DNA from: a virus
Taxonomy: Duplodnaviria > Caudoviricetes
Virus record (IMG/VR): IMGVR_UViG_3300032212_000063
Location: 1 to 39,177 of that record
Reading direction: 5' to 3' (one strand)
DNA length: 39,177 bases
The notes below the pieces were generated by a model that had not been told where the DNA came from, ran no database searches, and saw nothing but the letters and a program-made list of their open reading frames with translations. Positions 1-8,079 of this stretch are shown in pieces. Within the stretch, counting starts at the first letter, position 1. Each line of letters begins with the position of its first letter. Made by a program: the position numbers and the translations under genes.

Positions 1-127
1 TTTCATTGCTTGGAAAAGGAATTGACACCCCAAAGTTTTCAGCCATGTGTCGATCTAATACCTTGTGAACCTCGCTCACTTCTTTTGTGTCAAGTTTTGC
101 GGTTGATTCTTTGTCAAACATAGCTTG
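1..127. repeat. 127-bp terminal direct repeat (copy 1), circular assembly overlap
   Basis: Identical to 39051-39177; 127 is a common assembler k-mer length. Confidence 0.95.
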
Positions 128-295
128 TTGGATAGGTTTCCATAACGCCGCTTTAACGCTGTCTTGTGTCCAAGGCACTTGTGCTGTCTTAACTTCAAAT
201 ACTTTCTTCATGTCATAGCCTGAGTCATTAAGCTGCTCGGCTAATAGTTCACAGTATTTGTGCATTGCTGCGTTTTGGGTAAGGGTTCTTTTCAC
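1..295 (-). CDS. NinB-like recombination protein, 5' part (GTG at 295; continues across the circular junction to 39037; 102 aa)
   Basis: Manual translation MKRTLTQNAAMHKYCELLAEQLNDSGYDMKK...STAKLDTKE...IPFPSNEKQML; R-T/S-x-x-QN start and ST..L..KE motif; GTGA overlap with upstream gene; nin context. Confidence 0.7.
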   Translation of the reverse strand, partial: MKRTLTQNAAMHKYCELLAEQLNDSGYDMKKVFEVKTAQVPWTQDSVKAALWKPIQQAMFDKESTAKLDTKEVSEVHKVLDRHMAENFGVSIPFPSNE

Positions 296-675
296 GCTGG
301 GCGAGTCTCGCCATCATCATCAAATGTTTCTGTAATATTTTGGTGCGCTTCACACATACCGAACCTGTCGTCATATTCTGGTCGAGAGCGATAATATTCA
401 GCTAAGAACATGGCATTACATAACATATGGTCAACATGGGGTAATTGTGATTCTGGATCGTTATTCTCCCCAGAGAGAAAAGCAGATAAATGTCTAAGTA
501 AAGAGTCTGCTACCATCTTGTATGGCATTCCTCTGCGCCAGTTATTACGCTCATACTTTTTAGCTCCGAACATAAAGACCTGACATACGCCATTGCAAGC
601 ATTGGGCGCATCTAATAAGTAAGTTAGTTCGGTTTTACCATCATTCGACCGCATGGCTTGCTTCATTGCTGACAC
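292..675 (-). CDS. dATP/dGTP diphosphohydrolase domain protein (DUF5664-like)
   Basis: Motifs DGK..L, FGAKKY..NNW..G, DSLLRHL, E..DPES.LPHVDH..CNAMFL. Confidence 0.85.
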   Translation of the reverse strand: MSAMKQAMRSNDGKTELTYLLDAPNACNGVCQVFMFGAKKYERNNWRRGMPYKMVADSLLRHLSAFLSGENNDPESQLPHVDHMLCNAMFLAEYYRSRPEYDDRFGMCEAHQNITETFDDDGETRPA

Positions 676-854
676 CTCGCGTGTTTATATAATTCTGGTC
701 TATCTGAGAAAAGCCCGTGAGCCGATGCAAATTCAACTAAAGCGTCTATCCTTTCTTGCTTTGTCCTTGCTGCGTGTATCTTCTCTCTGGCTATCTGATA
801 AACCTTAATTGGGTTAAGGGGTTCTTTTATGTCACATACGGTAGCTTGGCTCAT
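663..854 (-). CDS. hypothetical protein
   Basis: 63-aa ORF overlapping its neighbours in the operon. Confidence 0.6.
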   Translation of the reverse strand: MSQATVCDIKEPLNPIKVYQIAREKIHAARTKQERIDALVEFASAHGLFSDRPELYKHARCQQ

Positions 855-1030
855 AACTTTCTCCCAGAAAATGCGTTAAGTAAAAGTTGTTGCCCCTCGT
901 TTAATGATTTGAAAGTTTTTATAAATAGCCTCTCTTGTTGTTTAAGGCGGTCTATATCATCTTTCAAGGGTTGTATTGCTGCTGAGATAAGGCCGTTAAT
1001 GTGCTTATCCTCTTTGGATATTTCGATCAT
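851..1030 (-). CDS. hypothetical coiled-coil protein, 59 aa (not in ORF track)
   Basis: MIEISKEDKHINGLISAAIQPLKDDIDRLKQQ...; ATGA overlaps at both ends. Confidence 0.6.
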   Translation of the reverse strand: MIEISKEDKHINGLISAAIQPLKDDIDRLKQQERLFIKTFKSLNEGQQLLLNAFSGRKL

Positions 1031-1353
1031 GCTGCCTGCTCCTTAATCGACCTATTAACGATTGGTATATTGTTTAGGTAATACTTCTCAATTGATTGGC
1101 TCATACCGTCTGATATTCCTAAGTCTGTATAAACTGCGATTAAATCTGCTTGCTTGCCCCATGCTTGCCCACACTCTATGCCTAGCTTTCTTTCTTCTGG
1201 GTTTAGATCGTCTAGGAATTGTGTGTAAAGAGCATGGCTAGCATAAGGGGCTTCATCTCTTGCGAAACAATCAGCGAAACATAGAGCAAGGTATTCTTTG
1301 TTTTTCTCTATGTCGCCAGCAAAGGGAGATTCGATTATGACGCGGGGTTTCAT
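1027..1353 (-). CDS. conserved phage protein with nucleoside deoxyribosyltransferase-like Rossmann fold
   Basis: VIIESPFAGDIEKN, APYASHALYTQFLDD, ER.LGI, VYTDLGISDGM motifs. Confidence 0.7.
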   Translation of the reverse strand: MKPRVIIESPFAGDIEKNKEYLALCFADCFARDEAPYASHALYTQFLDDLNPEERKLGIECGQAWGKQADLIAVYTDLGISDGMSQSIEKYYLNNIPIVNRSIKEQAA

Positions 1354-1550
1354 TTACTAGCCCACATATACACCAGCCCAGCAAAAGCCATAATAACCAG
1401 CAACAATGCAAAGCCTCCCCAGAATGGAGCGGTAACCCACCACCAAGACCATGTTGCAACAGGCGCAACACCTATGAGTTTAAGAGCCACGAACAGCACC
1501 CCTAATAAGCCTAAAATTCCAATGCCACCACTTGAACTTGATTCGCTCAT
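1350..1550 (-). CDS. small two-TM membrane protein common in phages
   Basis: GGIG..GLL...FVALKLIG...WSWWWVTAPFW. Confidence 0.8.
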   Translation of the reverse strand: MSESSSSGGIGILGLLGVLFVALKLIGVAPVATWSWWWVTAPFWGGFALLLVIMAFAGLVYMWASK

Positions 1551-1666
1551 TTCTTCTTCTCCTTAACAGTAAATTTAGCTTTCGCTGGTTTTCCAAATAC
1601 CCGCACAACATCATCAAAGAATTGCGCGTGTTCTGGGTAGAGTTTTCTTCTCTCGTCTTTGTTCAT
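1547..1666 (-). CDS. hypothetical protein, 39 aa (not in ORF track)
   Basis: MNKDERRKLYPEHAQFFDDVVRVFGKP...; ATGA overlaps at both ends. Confidence 0.5.
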   Translation of the reverse strand: MNKDERRKLYPEHAQFFDDVVRVFGKPAKAKFTVKEKKK

Positions 1667-2631
1667 CGAACATAGCTTTTTGTGAATTTGGGTAATTGTC
1701 TTTGGAACTGTAGCGACTTATCTAAAAAGTGAAGCCCTATCGTGCCTTCGTATTCGCTGTTACGTTGCTTCTCTACTTTAAGTTTTACGTCCCATCTTGC
1801 AGGGTCATTCAAAATAATATGATCTTCTGGTGTCAGAAAAGCCTCTGGTTTTTGCTTAATATTTTTCTTCTCAACGTCTGTCCACACAATGAAAATACTT
1901 GATGCCTGATTACTAATATCGCTGCCGCCTGATATATCGTAACGATCTGGAACATAGCGTTTATCATTTGGCGGTTTTCTCATGTGCGCGATTAGGTGAA
2001 TATCCATCCCTGTGTCTTTAGCAATAGAATCTAACGAGTTCATAAACTCTTTCTGTTTGCCGTAGTCGTCTGGACTCATGCCGCATTTCATTAAGCTGTC
2101 AATCACTAAGAAATCTAGGCCAAGTTCTGTGCCGCAATACCCCGCCATTTTTAATATTCGTTCAGTGGGTACGTTGTTTTGCTGGTCGTAAAGGTAAAGT
2201 TTGTTTTGTATTGTTGGGAAAAATTGGTCTAATGATTTTTCTGATAACTCTTGATAGCCTACCGCTTGTGCTGCTATTCGCTTTAGGGTTATTACTGGCT
2301 TCATTTCAAGGCTTGCTATACAACCTGATAGCCCTTGCTGAATAAAGCTGTACGCGCAAAATCCAGTAAGCATACTTTTCTTATGCCCGTTGTACCCCGT
2401 CCACAAGTGAACACCTGCCTCATTAAACCTCACTTTGTCGTGAGTATCAGACCAAGGTAATGTTGCGCCAGCAGCATTTTCTGGTGAGTTCAGGTGGCTA
2501 AGTAATTCTTCTCTGTAATTTGATGCCTCTTTGATGTTTACTGAATCGTCAGGTAATACAAACGAGTCGATTTTATTTTGATCTATCAACATATCATCTG
2601 CTATTTGGGCTAAGTGATTTTGATAGCTCAT
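1663..2631 (-). CDS. DnaB/T7 gp4-like replicative helicase (helicase domain only)
   Basis: Walker A variant WTGYNGHKKS, SLEM, Walker B LVIDSL, IHLIAH.RK, DISGGSDI, KVEKQRN. Confidence 0.85.
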   Translation of the reverse strand: MSYQNHLAQIADDMLIDQNKIDSFVLPDDSVNIKEASNYREELLSHLNSPENAAGATLPWSDTHDKVRFNEAGVHLWTGYNGHKKSMLTGFCAYSFIQQGLSGCIASLEMKPVITLKRIAAQAVGYQELSEKSLDQFFPTIQNKLYLYDQQNNVPTERILKMAGYCGTELGLDFLVIDSLMKCGMSPDDYGKQKEFMNSLDSIAKDTGMDIHLIAHMRKPPNDKRYVPDRYDISGGSDISNQASSIFIVWTDVEKKNIKQKPEAFLTPEDHIILNDPARWDVKLKVEKQRNSEYEGTIGLHFLDKSLQFQRQLPKFTKSYVR

Positions 2632-2822
2632 GCTTGTATGGCAAAAGTGTCGCCATCCTCCAGAACGCCATATTTTCTAATCAGGTTTATTGCCTCAGAC
2701 ACATAAATATCTGGGTCACAAGCTCCGTCAATCAGCCCTTCTCTTTTCTGCATATCGGCAAACTCAACTAATCCCGCTAGAAGGCTTAATGCCTTGTCTA
2801 AGTCTTTGTGTGTTTCATTCAT
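2628..2822 (-). CDS. hypothetical protein
   Basis: 64-aa ORF coupled to neighbours. Confidence 0.6.
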   Translation of the reverse strand: MNETHKDLDKALSLLAGLVEFADMQKREGLIDGACDPDIYVSEAINLIRKYGVLEDGDTFAIQA

Positions 2823-3187
2823 GCTTGCACCCTCGTTATTGCTGCCTCAAATTGATTGATTTCTAGCGGGTCTAGTTTCTGACCGCGATCATGTTTAGCC
2901 TTGAAGTTCTTTATCGTGTTTAAATCTGCTTGGCGCGTACCTGTTCTTGAAATGCCTTTATCGTTAGGGAATAAATCACTGGCGTTAAGTCCTAAAGCAT
3001 GTGCTACGTCTATTCCTGATGCGCCACAACCAAAGCAATTCATAATGACTTTTCCATCTGGTAGCTCTTTAATGCCGAGTGATGGTGTTTTCTCGTTATG
3101 GCAAGGGCATAAGGCTTTGTACTGGTTATTACCTACACGCTTGCAGTCAAGTAATGACGTTATAGTGTCGATTGGGTTACATGACAT
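2819..3187 (-). CDS. CHC2 zinc-finger (primase zinc-binding domain) protein without TOPRIM
   Basis: ALCPCHNEKTPSL...NCFGCGASG. Confidence 0.85.
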   Translation of the reverse strand: MSCNPIDTITSLLDCKRVGNNQYKALCPCHNEKTPSLGIKELPDGKVIMNCFGCGASGIDVAHALGLNASDLFPNDKGISRTGTRQADLNTIKNFKAKHDRGQKLDPLEINQFEAAITRVQA

Positions 3188-3812
3188 AATCGTTACTCAC
3201 TGGCGTTTTATTATTCTTCTCCCACGTTCTTACACATGCTTGCCAGTTCTTAATCTTTGTTTTTCCACGATGCCAGTTTGTTGTCTCGTAGTGATTGATA
3301 AACTCGTTAGGGTCTACTGTGTTATTTCTTTCTTTACAGTATTGAGTTACCTGCTCAAGTGTGGGAGGCGTGAAACGCCCCTTATTACTATTGTTATTAT
3401 TATTGTTATTAGTATTAAACTGCTTTACCCCCTTTGACGATTCATTTAACCCCCTTTGCTTGTCAGTTTTACCCCCTTTGGGGTTACAACTTAAATCATT
3501 TAACCCCCTTAACACTTCTTGTGGAACATTTACCCAATACTCGTTGTGGGCTTGTGATCCGCCATTTGTAAATACTTTAGCGGCTGCTTTTTTCTTGATA
3601 ATCCATTGAGTTAAGTCAAGATGATTAAGCCACTTGATAACGGTAGGCTCTGATAAACCTGTTTCGTTTGATATTCTCATTACAGAAGGCCACGCAACCT
3701 GCTGTTCTGCGTTCATCCATGTAGATAAATACAAAGCCAAGTATTTAGCGTTAGCTGGTAAGTCCGATTTCTTGATAAGCTGAACCCAGTTAAAGCAAGT
3801 TAGATCGTTCAT
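3177..3812 (-). CDS. replication initiator (N-terminal winged HTH, O-like position)
   Basis: AWPS..RIS.ETGLSEPTVIKWL..L; C-terminal F.PPTLEQV..Y, F..HYE...W, KIKNWQACVRTW; internal iterons. Confidence 0.85.
   Translation of the reverse strand: MNDLTCFNWVQLIKKSDLPANAKYLALYLSTWMNAEQQVAWPSVMRISNETGLSEPTVIKWLNHLDLTQWIIKKKAAAKVFTNGGSQAHNEYWVNVPQEVLRGLNDLSCNPKGGKTDKQRGLNESSKGVKQFNTNNNNNNNSNKGRFTPPTLEQVTQYCKERNNTVDPNEFINHYETTNWHRGKTKIKNWQACVRTWEKNNKTPVSNDYVM
3382..3510. promoter_or_regulatory. replication origin: four iterons plus AT-rich tract
   Basis: TTTA(A)CCCCCTT(TG) at 3424-3436, 3445-3458, 3468-3480, 3499-3510; AT-rich tract ~3382-3419 (encodes poly-Asn). Confidence 0.8.
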
Positions 3813-3842
3813 TAAAATTCCCCATTATTTTTATTAAAATCA

Positions 3843-3904
3843 CCACATGGCCTTGAGAGGTTAGAGGGGTACAGTACGAGCCTCCCAAGACCTAACGATT
3901 GTGG
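3843..3904 (-). terminator. strong hairpin upstream of initiator gene (tR1-like attenuator candidate)
   Basis: Minus strand GGTCTTGGGAGG/CCTCTCAAGGCC 12-bp stem with two G-U pairs, outer CCACA/TGTGG. Confidence 0.45.
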
Positions 3905-4336
3905 CTAACCGTTTAACAACCCCGTACTGCGTGTTTCTGGTTTGTATAATCTCCTGCCATAATCATCAATTGGCGCGATAACTTGCAGGCGTTTTATTTC
4001 TTTCTGCGTTGGTATTTCGTCGCTTTCCCATAAATAAGGAAATCCACAAGAATGATTAACCCATACACCGCAACCTTGCCCGTGTTTTTCTTCAATAGCT
4101 TCTATGTGAGCATCGTTTTTAAAGATTTCATTGATAGCGGCTTGAACTTCAACCTCAAAATCTTCGTAGGAAATGTCTTTATTGAATGAGCCTATAAATC
4201 GGTCAGGAAAATCCGTATAAATCTTGTCGAAATCCTGTGCAGAGCAACTGGTAATCTTTGTTTTTCCCTTAATAAAGAAGAACCTAGCGCGTTTAGAACG
4301 TGAATTTTGCAACTGCTGAAATGCTTGTCTAATCAT
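3905..4336 (-). CDS. hypothetical protein, first gene of PR operon
   Basis: 143-aa ORF with GGAGG RBS; no HTH recognised. Confidence 0.7.
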   Translation of the reverse strand: MIRQAFQQLQNSRSKRARFFFIKGKTKITSCSAQDFDKIYTDFPDRFIGSFNKDISYEDFEVEVQAAINEIFKNDAHIEAIEEKHGQGCGVWVNHSCGFPYLWESDEIPTQKEIKRLQVIAPIDDYGRRLYKPETRSTGLLNG

Positions 4337-4442
4337 GCTCCCTCCAGAGTAGGTAATTGCTTACAGGTACTTAGGCAACTACTTACATATTTATTGTTAA
4401 ATTAGGTCTAAAGTTTCACCTAACATGGACGTTACATTAGTA

Positions 4443-4472
4443 AGTGTAACTGTAAGCGATACACCTTGTCAA
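4443..4472 (-). promoter_or_regulatory. PR-like sigma70 promoter with overlapping operator
   Basis: TTGACA (4472-4467) N18 TACACT (4448-4443); operator TGTAACTGTAAGCGATACA at 4445-4463; extra half-sites GTTACA 4431-4436 and TGTAAC ~4476. Confidence 0.75.
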
Positions 4473-4499
4473 TAGTGTAACTAACAACAGGACAATGGA

Positions 4500-4904
4500 A
4501 TGAGCGATAATGCTTTAATGAAAGCAAACGAAGAATTTGGGAAGCGGTTTAGACAGGCCGTTAACTATGCGGGATATGAGGATTTATCTATCCGCAAGTT
4601 AGCTGAAAAGCTAGGCGTGGCTCATACATCAGTAGATCGCTGGAATCGTGGCGAACAAACTCCAAGCATTGAAAGACAGGTAAAGATTGCCGATCACTGT
4701 GGCATAGATGTAGGCTGGCTATTAACGGGTCGAGGTGTAATGACAGACGATCCCGCTATCAAGATATTGGCTCAGATAGTCACCCAGATGGACGATATTC
4801 AGAGAAAAGAAGTCTTTAACTATGCCGCATATGTCCTTGAGCGCGGCTCAGATAAAGCTAGTCGGGAAGATGTATCTCAACCACACACTCTCGATCACCT
4901 CTAG
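4500..4904 (+). CDS. CI-like XRE/HTH_3 repressor lacking a peptidase S24 domain
   Basis: LSIRKLAEKLGVAHTSVDRWNRG..TPS...KIA...GIDVGWLLTG; only 134 aa; lies between divergent promoters. Confidence 0.85.
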   Translation: MSDNALMKANEEFGKRFRQAVNYAGYEDLSIRKLAEKLGVAHTSVDRWNRGEQTPSIERQVKIADHCGIDVGWLLTGRGVMTDDPAIKILAQIVTQMDDIQRKEVFNYAAYVLERGSDKASREDVSQPHTLDHL

Positions 4905-5238
4905 CGATAGACTTGGTTATATCCACCCTTGCCCCTTTGCAGCATGATTTAGACATTTCCGTAAATACTGTTTGAGTAACTTGGCATAGTTCCGGTTTAC
5001 CTGTTGGATCTCCAAAAGGACACTTGCACCCCTTTAAAGTGACCTTCTCATTAGTCTGAGACTCTATCCAGAATACACCCCCTATTTTATTTTTAAGCCC
5101 TGCTAGGCAGCGGCCTACTGATTTACGTTTAGGTTTATTGTGCCTCAACAGCTTTCCAGCAAAGACCTTTGCACTCTCTGTAATGTCTTGACTACCCGCT
5201 ACAGATCGTAGTAATTCCCCAAAAAATACCCCTTGCAT
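4858..5238 (-). CDS. V4R-clan / methanogen output domain 1 (MetOD1)-like protein
   Basis: VTL...KCPFG...PELC....VF, V...KSIARGD.EC.VEIHL; AGGAGG RBS. Confidence 0.7.
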   Translation of the reverse strand: MQGVFFGELLRSVAGSQDITESAKVFAGKLLRHNKPKRKSVGRCLAGLKNKIGGVFWIESQTNEKVTLKGCKCPFGDPTGKPELCQVTQTVFTEMSKSCCKGARVDITKSIARGDRECVVEIHLPD

Positions 5239-5304
5239 AACTACCTCCTTTTTATTGTGGATGGAGTATAGCCTATATTTTTTGAAAAGTGTAACCTAAT
5301 GCGC

Positions 5305-5333
5305 TTGATTTTTGTGTCGCTTTAAGTTACAGT
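5305..5333 (+). promoter_or_regulatory. PL-like sigma70 promoter with overlapping operator
   Basis: TTGATT N17 TACAGT; 5313-5331 reverse complement TGTAACTTAAAGCGACACA matches the 4445-4463 operator at 16/19. Confidence 0.75.
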
Positions 5334-5339
5334 CTTGAT

Positions 5340-5615
5340 ATGGATAAGCGAAACAAAGTCATTCAACGGGAAATAAGCAAGGCGGGATTGCGCGGGAAAA
5401 TTAACGCTAAGTGCGTCGAATGTCTCTATGACCCAGTAGAAGGATCGGGCGGCTGGAGACAGCAAATTCAAGCCTGTAAATCCATTGATTGTAGCTTGCA
5501 TAAAGTTAGGCCTAGAGGTCGTGTACGGAAGCCTTCAAAAAGCCATCGGGAAGGTGGTTTTTTCATGTCAATTAGAAGGCTTCTCTGCCTAGACATATCA
5601 CGAGATGAAAAATGA
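5340..5615 (+). CDS. Cys-rich putative zinc-binding phage protein
   Basis: INAKCVEC.YD...W...I..C....CSLH.VRP. Confidence 0.65.
   Translation: MDKRNKVIQREISKAGLRGKINAKCVECLYDPVEGSGGWRQQIQACKSIDCSLHKVRPRGRVRKPSKSHREGGFFMSIRRLLCLDISRDEK
5537..5564 (+). terminator. intrinsic terminator candidate (tL1-like)
   Basis: AAAAGCCATC-GGGAA-GGTGGTTTTTTT hairpin with U tract. Confidence 0.55.
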
Positions 5616-6055
5616 AAAAGAGTCGCTCACAGGCCGACAGGTTAAGAAGGTCAATTATCGACAAAAAGTACAAAACTTACTACAAAGAGGCGAGGTGTTT
5701 TTACTGTGGCGACCCTGCTGAAACTATCGACCATGCTCCCGCGATCTCGCAAGTCTACGCATGGGGTGAGGACAGATATAGGAATAGAGGTATCGGCTTG
5801 TGGAGGGTTTCTTGCTGCCACGAATGTAACAACCTTTTAGGAGATCGTTCCGTTTCATCTTTACAGAAAAGGGCTGAGTACGTTTATCGGGAGCTAATGA
5901 AAAGATATGAGAAGCACATAAACCAACAGAATTGGTACAAGGAAGATCTAGATGAAATGGGCGGGATATTAAAAGACTACATCGAAAATAGTGAGCTAGT
6001 GAATAAATGGATTGATAGAAGACTGTCTTATATGGAAGACATACACCAAATATAA
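5612..6055 (+). CDS. HNH-like endonuclease
   Basis: CFYCG..AETIDH.P...VSCCHECNNLLG. Confidence 0.8.
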   Translation: MKKSRSQADRLRRSIIDKKYKTYYKEARCFYCGDPAETIDHAPAISQVYAWGEDRYRNRGIGLWRVSCCHECNNLLGDRSVSSLQKRAEYVYRELMKRYEKHINQQNWYKEDLDEMGGILKDYIENSELVNKWIDRRLSYMEDIHQI

Positions 6056-6071
6056 AAATAAGGAGAGGCAA

Positions 6072-6212
6072 ATGGAAGGAATAATTGATTTGGATTATCT
6101 GACTTATGCGACTTATCGCAATGATGGGTTATCACCTTTTTATGTTCAATGGACAATCTTGCCTCACTTGGATTGTGCAGAGCTTGAGAAGGAGTATCAA
6201 CGTGAGCATTGA
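6072..6212 (+). CDS. hypothetical protein
   Basis: ATG after AAGGAGAGG RBS, shorter than ORF-track call. Confidence 0.55.
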   Translation: MEGIIDLDYLTYATYRNDGLSPFYVQWTILPHLDCAELEKEYQREH

Positions 6213-6504
6213 GGATTTGTTCTGGGAAGATCATAACGAGGTGTGTCAATTAGCCGCGCAGTTTATTTATGAACTAGCGGGAACGGCAAGCGGCAAGCAC
6301 TTTAGCGACGATATGCGTATCTGTGTAAGTAACTCGCAACTCTACAGCCAAGAGAGTGAAGATCGCGTTAAGGACAATTTGTTTCAAGGGTTAAAAAAAG
6401 TATTAAGCGAAGCGGTTGACGAAGTTAATGCAGCAGAGAACCAGAAATCAGCAGATGAACAGCGGCATGATTATATGGAGGCTAATGGTTATGACAGAAA
6501 GTAA
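6202..6504 (+). CDS. hypothetical protein
   Basis: GTG after AAGGAG RBS, shorter than ORF-track call. Confidence 0.6.
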   Translation: MSIEDLFWEDHNEVCQLAAQFIYELAGTASGKHFSDDMRICVSNSQLYSQESEDRVKDNLFQGLKKVLSEAVDEVNAAENQKSADEQRHDYMEANGYDRK

Positions 6505-6784
6505 TCGTACAGAGTTGCCTTGGAAATATAATGGCGTTGGCTATACAGATTGTGGTTACAAGTACCATGAAATTACGCATCGAAATGGCGTAGATGAAGT
6601 CATTGGTCAGAATGGTGTAGCGCAAGAAGACGCCGAGTTCATAGTGAAGGCTTGTAATAATCATTATAGGTTATTAGAGGTGCTTGAGGTGTTAAAGGTA
6701 GCCTACGACAGAGGCTTGTTACACGATATTGAAAACAGGGATGTTCGAGAGGCTGCAAGGCAAGCCATAAAGGACGCATCGTGA
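6491..6784 (+). CDS. hypothetical phage protein (PW...DAEFIVKACN.H motif)
   Basis: Motif typical of small phage accessory proteins; GGAGG RBS. Confidence 0.65.
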   Translation: MTESNRTELPWKYNGVGYTDCGYKYHEITHRNGVDEVIGQNGVAQEDAEFIVKACNNHYRLLEVLEVLKVAYDRGLLHDIENRDVREAARQAIKDAS

Positions 6785-6888
6785 AACCTCTAATAGCCTT
6801 GACTGTGATCTTACTAGCATGGTCTGTAGAAGCTGATGCTGGTTTTTGGATTGAAATACCTGAAACAAGTGAGGTGGATTGTGATTGA
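6781..6888 (+). CDS. 35-aa peptide with signal-peptide-like N-terminus (not in ORF track)
   Basis: MKPLIALTVILLAWSVEADA...; GTGA overlap. Confidence 0.4.
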   Translation: MKPLIALTVILLAWSVEADAGFWIEIPETSEVDCD

Positions 6889-6908
6889 TAGAAATGATTA
6901 TCCGTTAA

Positions 6909-7439
6909 ATGATGAATGGGAAAATTATTATGAATAACGAAAAGACACATTACCGTAAAGCGTTTCACTCCCCTTATCTGAGCAGCGCGGATATTGTTGA
7001 GCCTACCGCTTTAACTATTCGCTGCGTGAAGCTAGAAAAGGATAACACCAAGAAAACCAAGGACAGCTTTAATACTGCCTACTTTAAAGAGAAAGAGATC
7101 CGCAAGGGAGAGCCATTAAAGCCAATGATACTTAACGCGCATAACTCGAAAATGATTAAGCAATTAACAGGCTCGGCATTTATTGATGATTGGAACGATC
7201 TACCTGTTACGGTTTATGTTGATCCAAATGTGAGATTCGGCAGAGAAACAGTAGAAGGTTTGAGGATTAGCCATGAGCCACCAGCAGCGAAGAAACAAAT
7301 TAAAGAGCATACCGCGCAATGGAATAACGCCGTTAAAGCATTTAAGCGTGACGGTTCATTAGACGCTGTGCGGGCAAGGGTTGATGTTTCAGAAGATCAA
7401 GAGGCTTTAATAAAGAAAGAAGCTGATGCGCTGGATTGA
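6909..7439 (+). CDS. putative single-strand annealing/recombination protein
   Basis: YLSSAD, KPMILN..N.K.I....GS.FIDDW, EGLRI; directly upstream of exonuclease and ssb. Confidence 0.55.
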   Translation: MMNGKIIMNNEKTHYRKAFHSPYLSSADIVEPTALTIRCVKLEKDNTKKTKDSFNTAYFKEKEIRKGEPLKPMILNAHNSKMIKQLTGSAFIDDWNDLPVTVYVDPNVRFGRETVEGLRISHEPPAAKKQIKEHTAQWNNAVKAFKRDGSLDAVRARVDVSEDQEALIKKEADALD

Positions 7440-8079
7440 TATAGAACAAAACACTGATGAGTGGCTAGATTTAAGAACTGCCAAGCTAACAGGTTCAGGT
7501 GTTAAAACGGTAATGGCTAATTACGGTAAAGCGTTTGGTGAGCCTGCTAAGAAACTTGCTATTACGCTGGCTAGGGAGCAGATAACTGGCAAGCGAAGCA
7601 TAGCCGAGCATTACTGTAATGCTCACATGGATAGAGGTCATGAACAAGAGCCAATAGCTAGGGCGTTATACGAAGATCAAACTTTTACAGAAGTGACGAA
7701 TGGCGGCTTCTTTGATTGTGGAAACTTGGGATGCTCCCCTGACGGGTTGATTCTGGATGATGGGGTTATCGAGATTAAGTCAGTAATAGACCACGTTCAC
7801 TTCTCGACAATAAAGCGTGGTGGGTTTGACCCTGCCTACAAGTGGCAGATTTACTTCAATCTAATGACCACCGAGAGAGATTGGATTGATTTTGTAAGTT
7901 ATTGCGCCGACTACCCATCAGACAGCAGGCTTTACGTACATAGAACACATAGAAGCGACTGTGCCGAGCAGTTCAAAATGATTGAAGATAGAACGGGAGA
8001 TTTTTTTAAGTTAGTAGACGAAGCAAAAATATTAATTAACCAAGACATAGAAAACATTACCGGAGAAACGCATGAGTGA
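7426..8079 (+). CDS. YqaJ/lambda exonuclease family protein
   Basis: EQNTDEWL.LR.AKLTGS, M.RGHEQEP.AR, GCSPDGL, IEIK, Y.WQI. Confidence 0.9.
   Translation: MRWIDIEQNTDEWLDLRTAKLTGSGVKTVMANYGKAFGEPAKKLAITLAREQITGKRSIAEHYCNAHMDRGHEQEPIARALYEDQTFTEVTNGGFFDCGNLGCSPDGLILDDGVIEIKSVIDHVHFSTIKRGGFDPAYKWQIYFNLMTTERDWIDFVSYCADYPSDSRLYVHRTHRSDCAEQFKMIEDRTGDFFKLVDEAKILINQDIENITGETHE

Noticed and set aside
1-127. Biological terminal repeat
   Set aside because: Length matches an assembler k-mer, it falls inside a gene and it is far from the terminase region
292-675. Z-genome (2-aminoadenine) or 7-deazaguanine modification system
   Set aside because: No PurZ, DatZ, DpdA/Que genes or DNA polymerase recognised
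2901-3609. Plus-strand ORFs (178 aa and 82 aa) and similar antisense ORFs over the structural genes
   Set aside because: Shadow frames of well-supported minus-strand genes, without RBS or motifs
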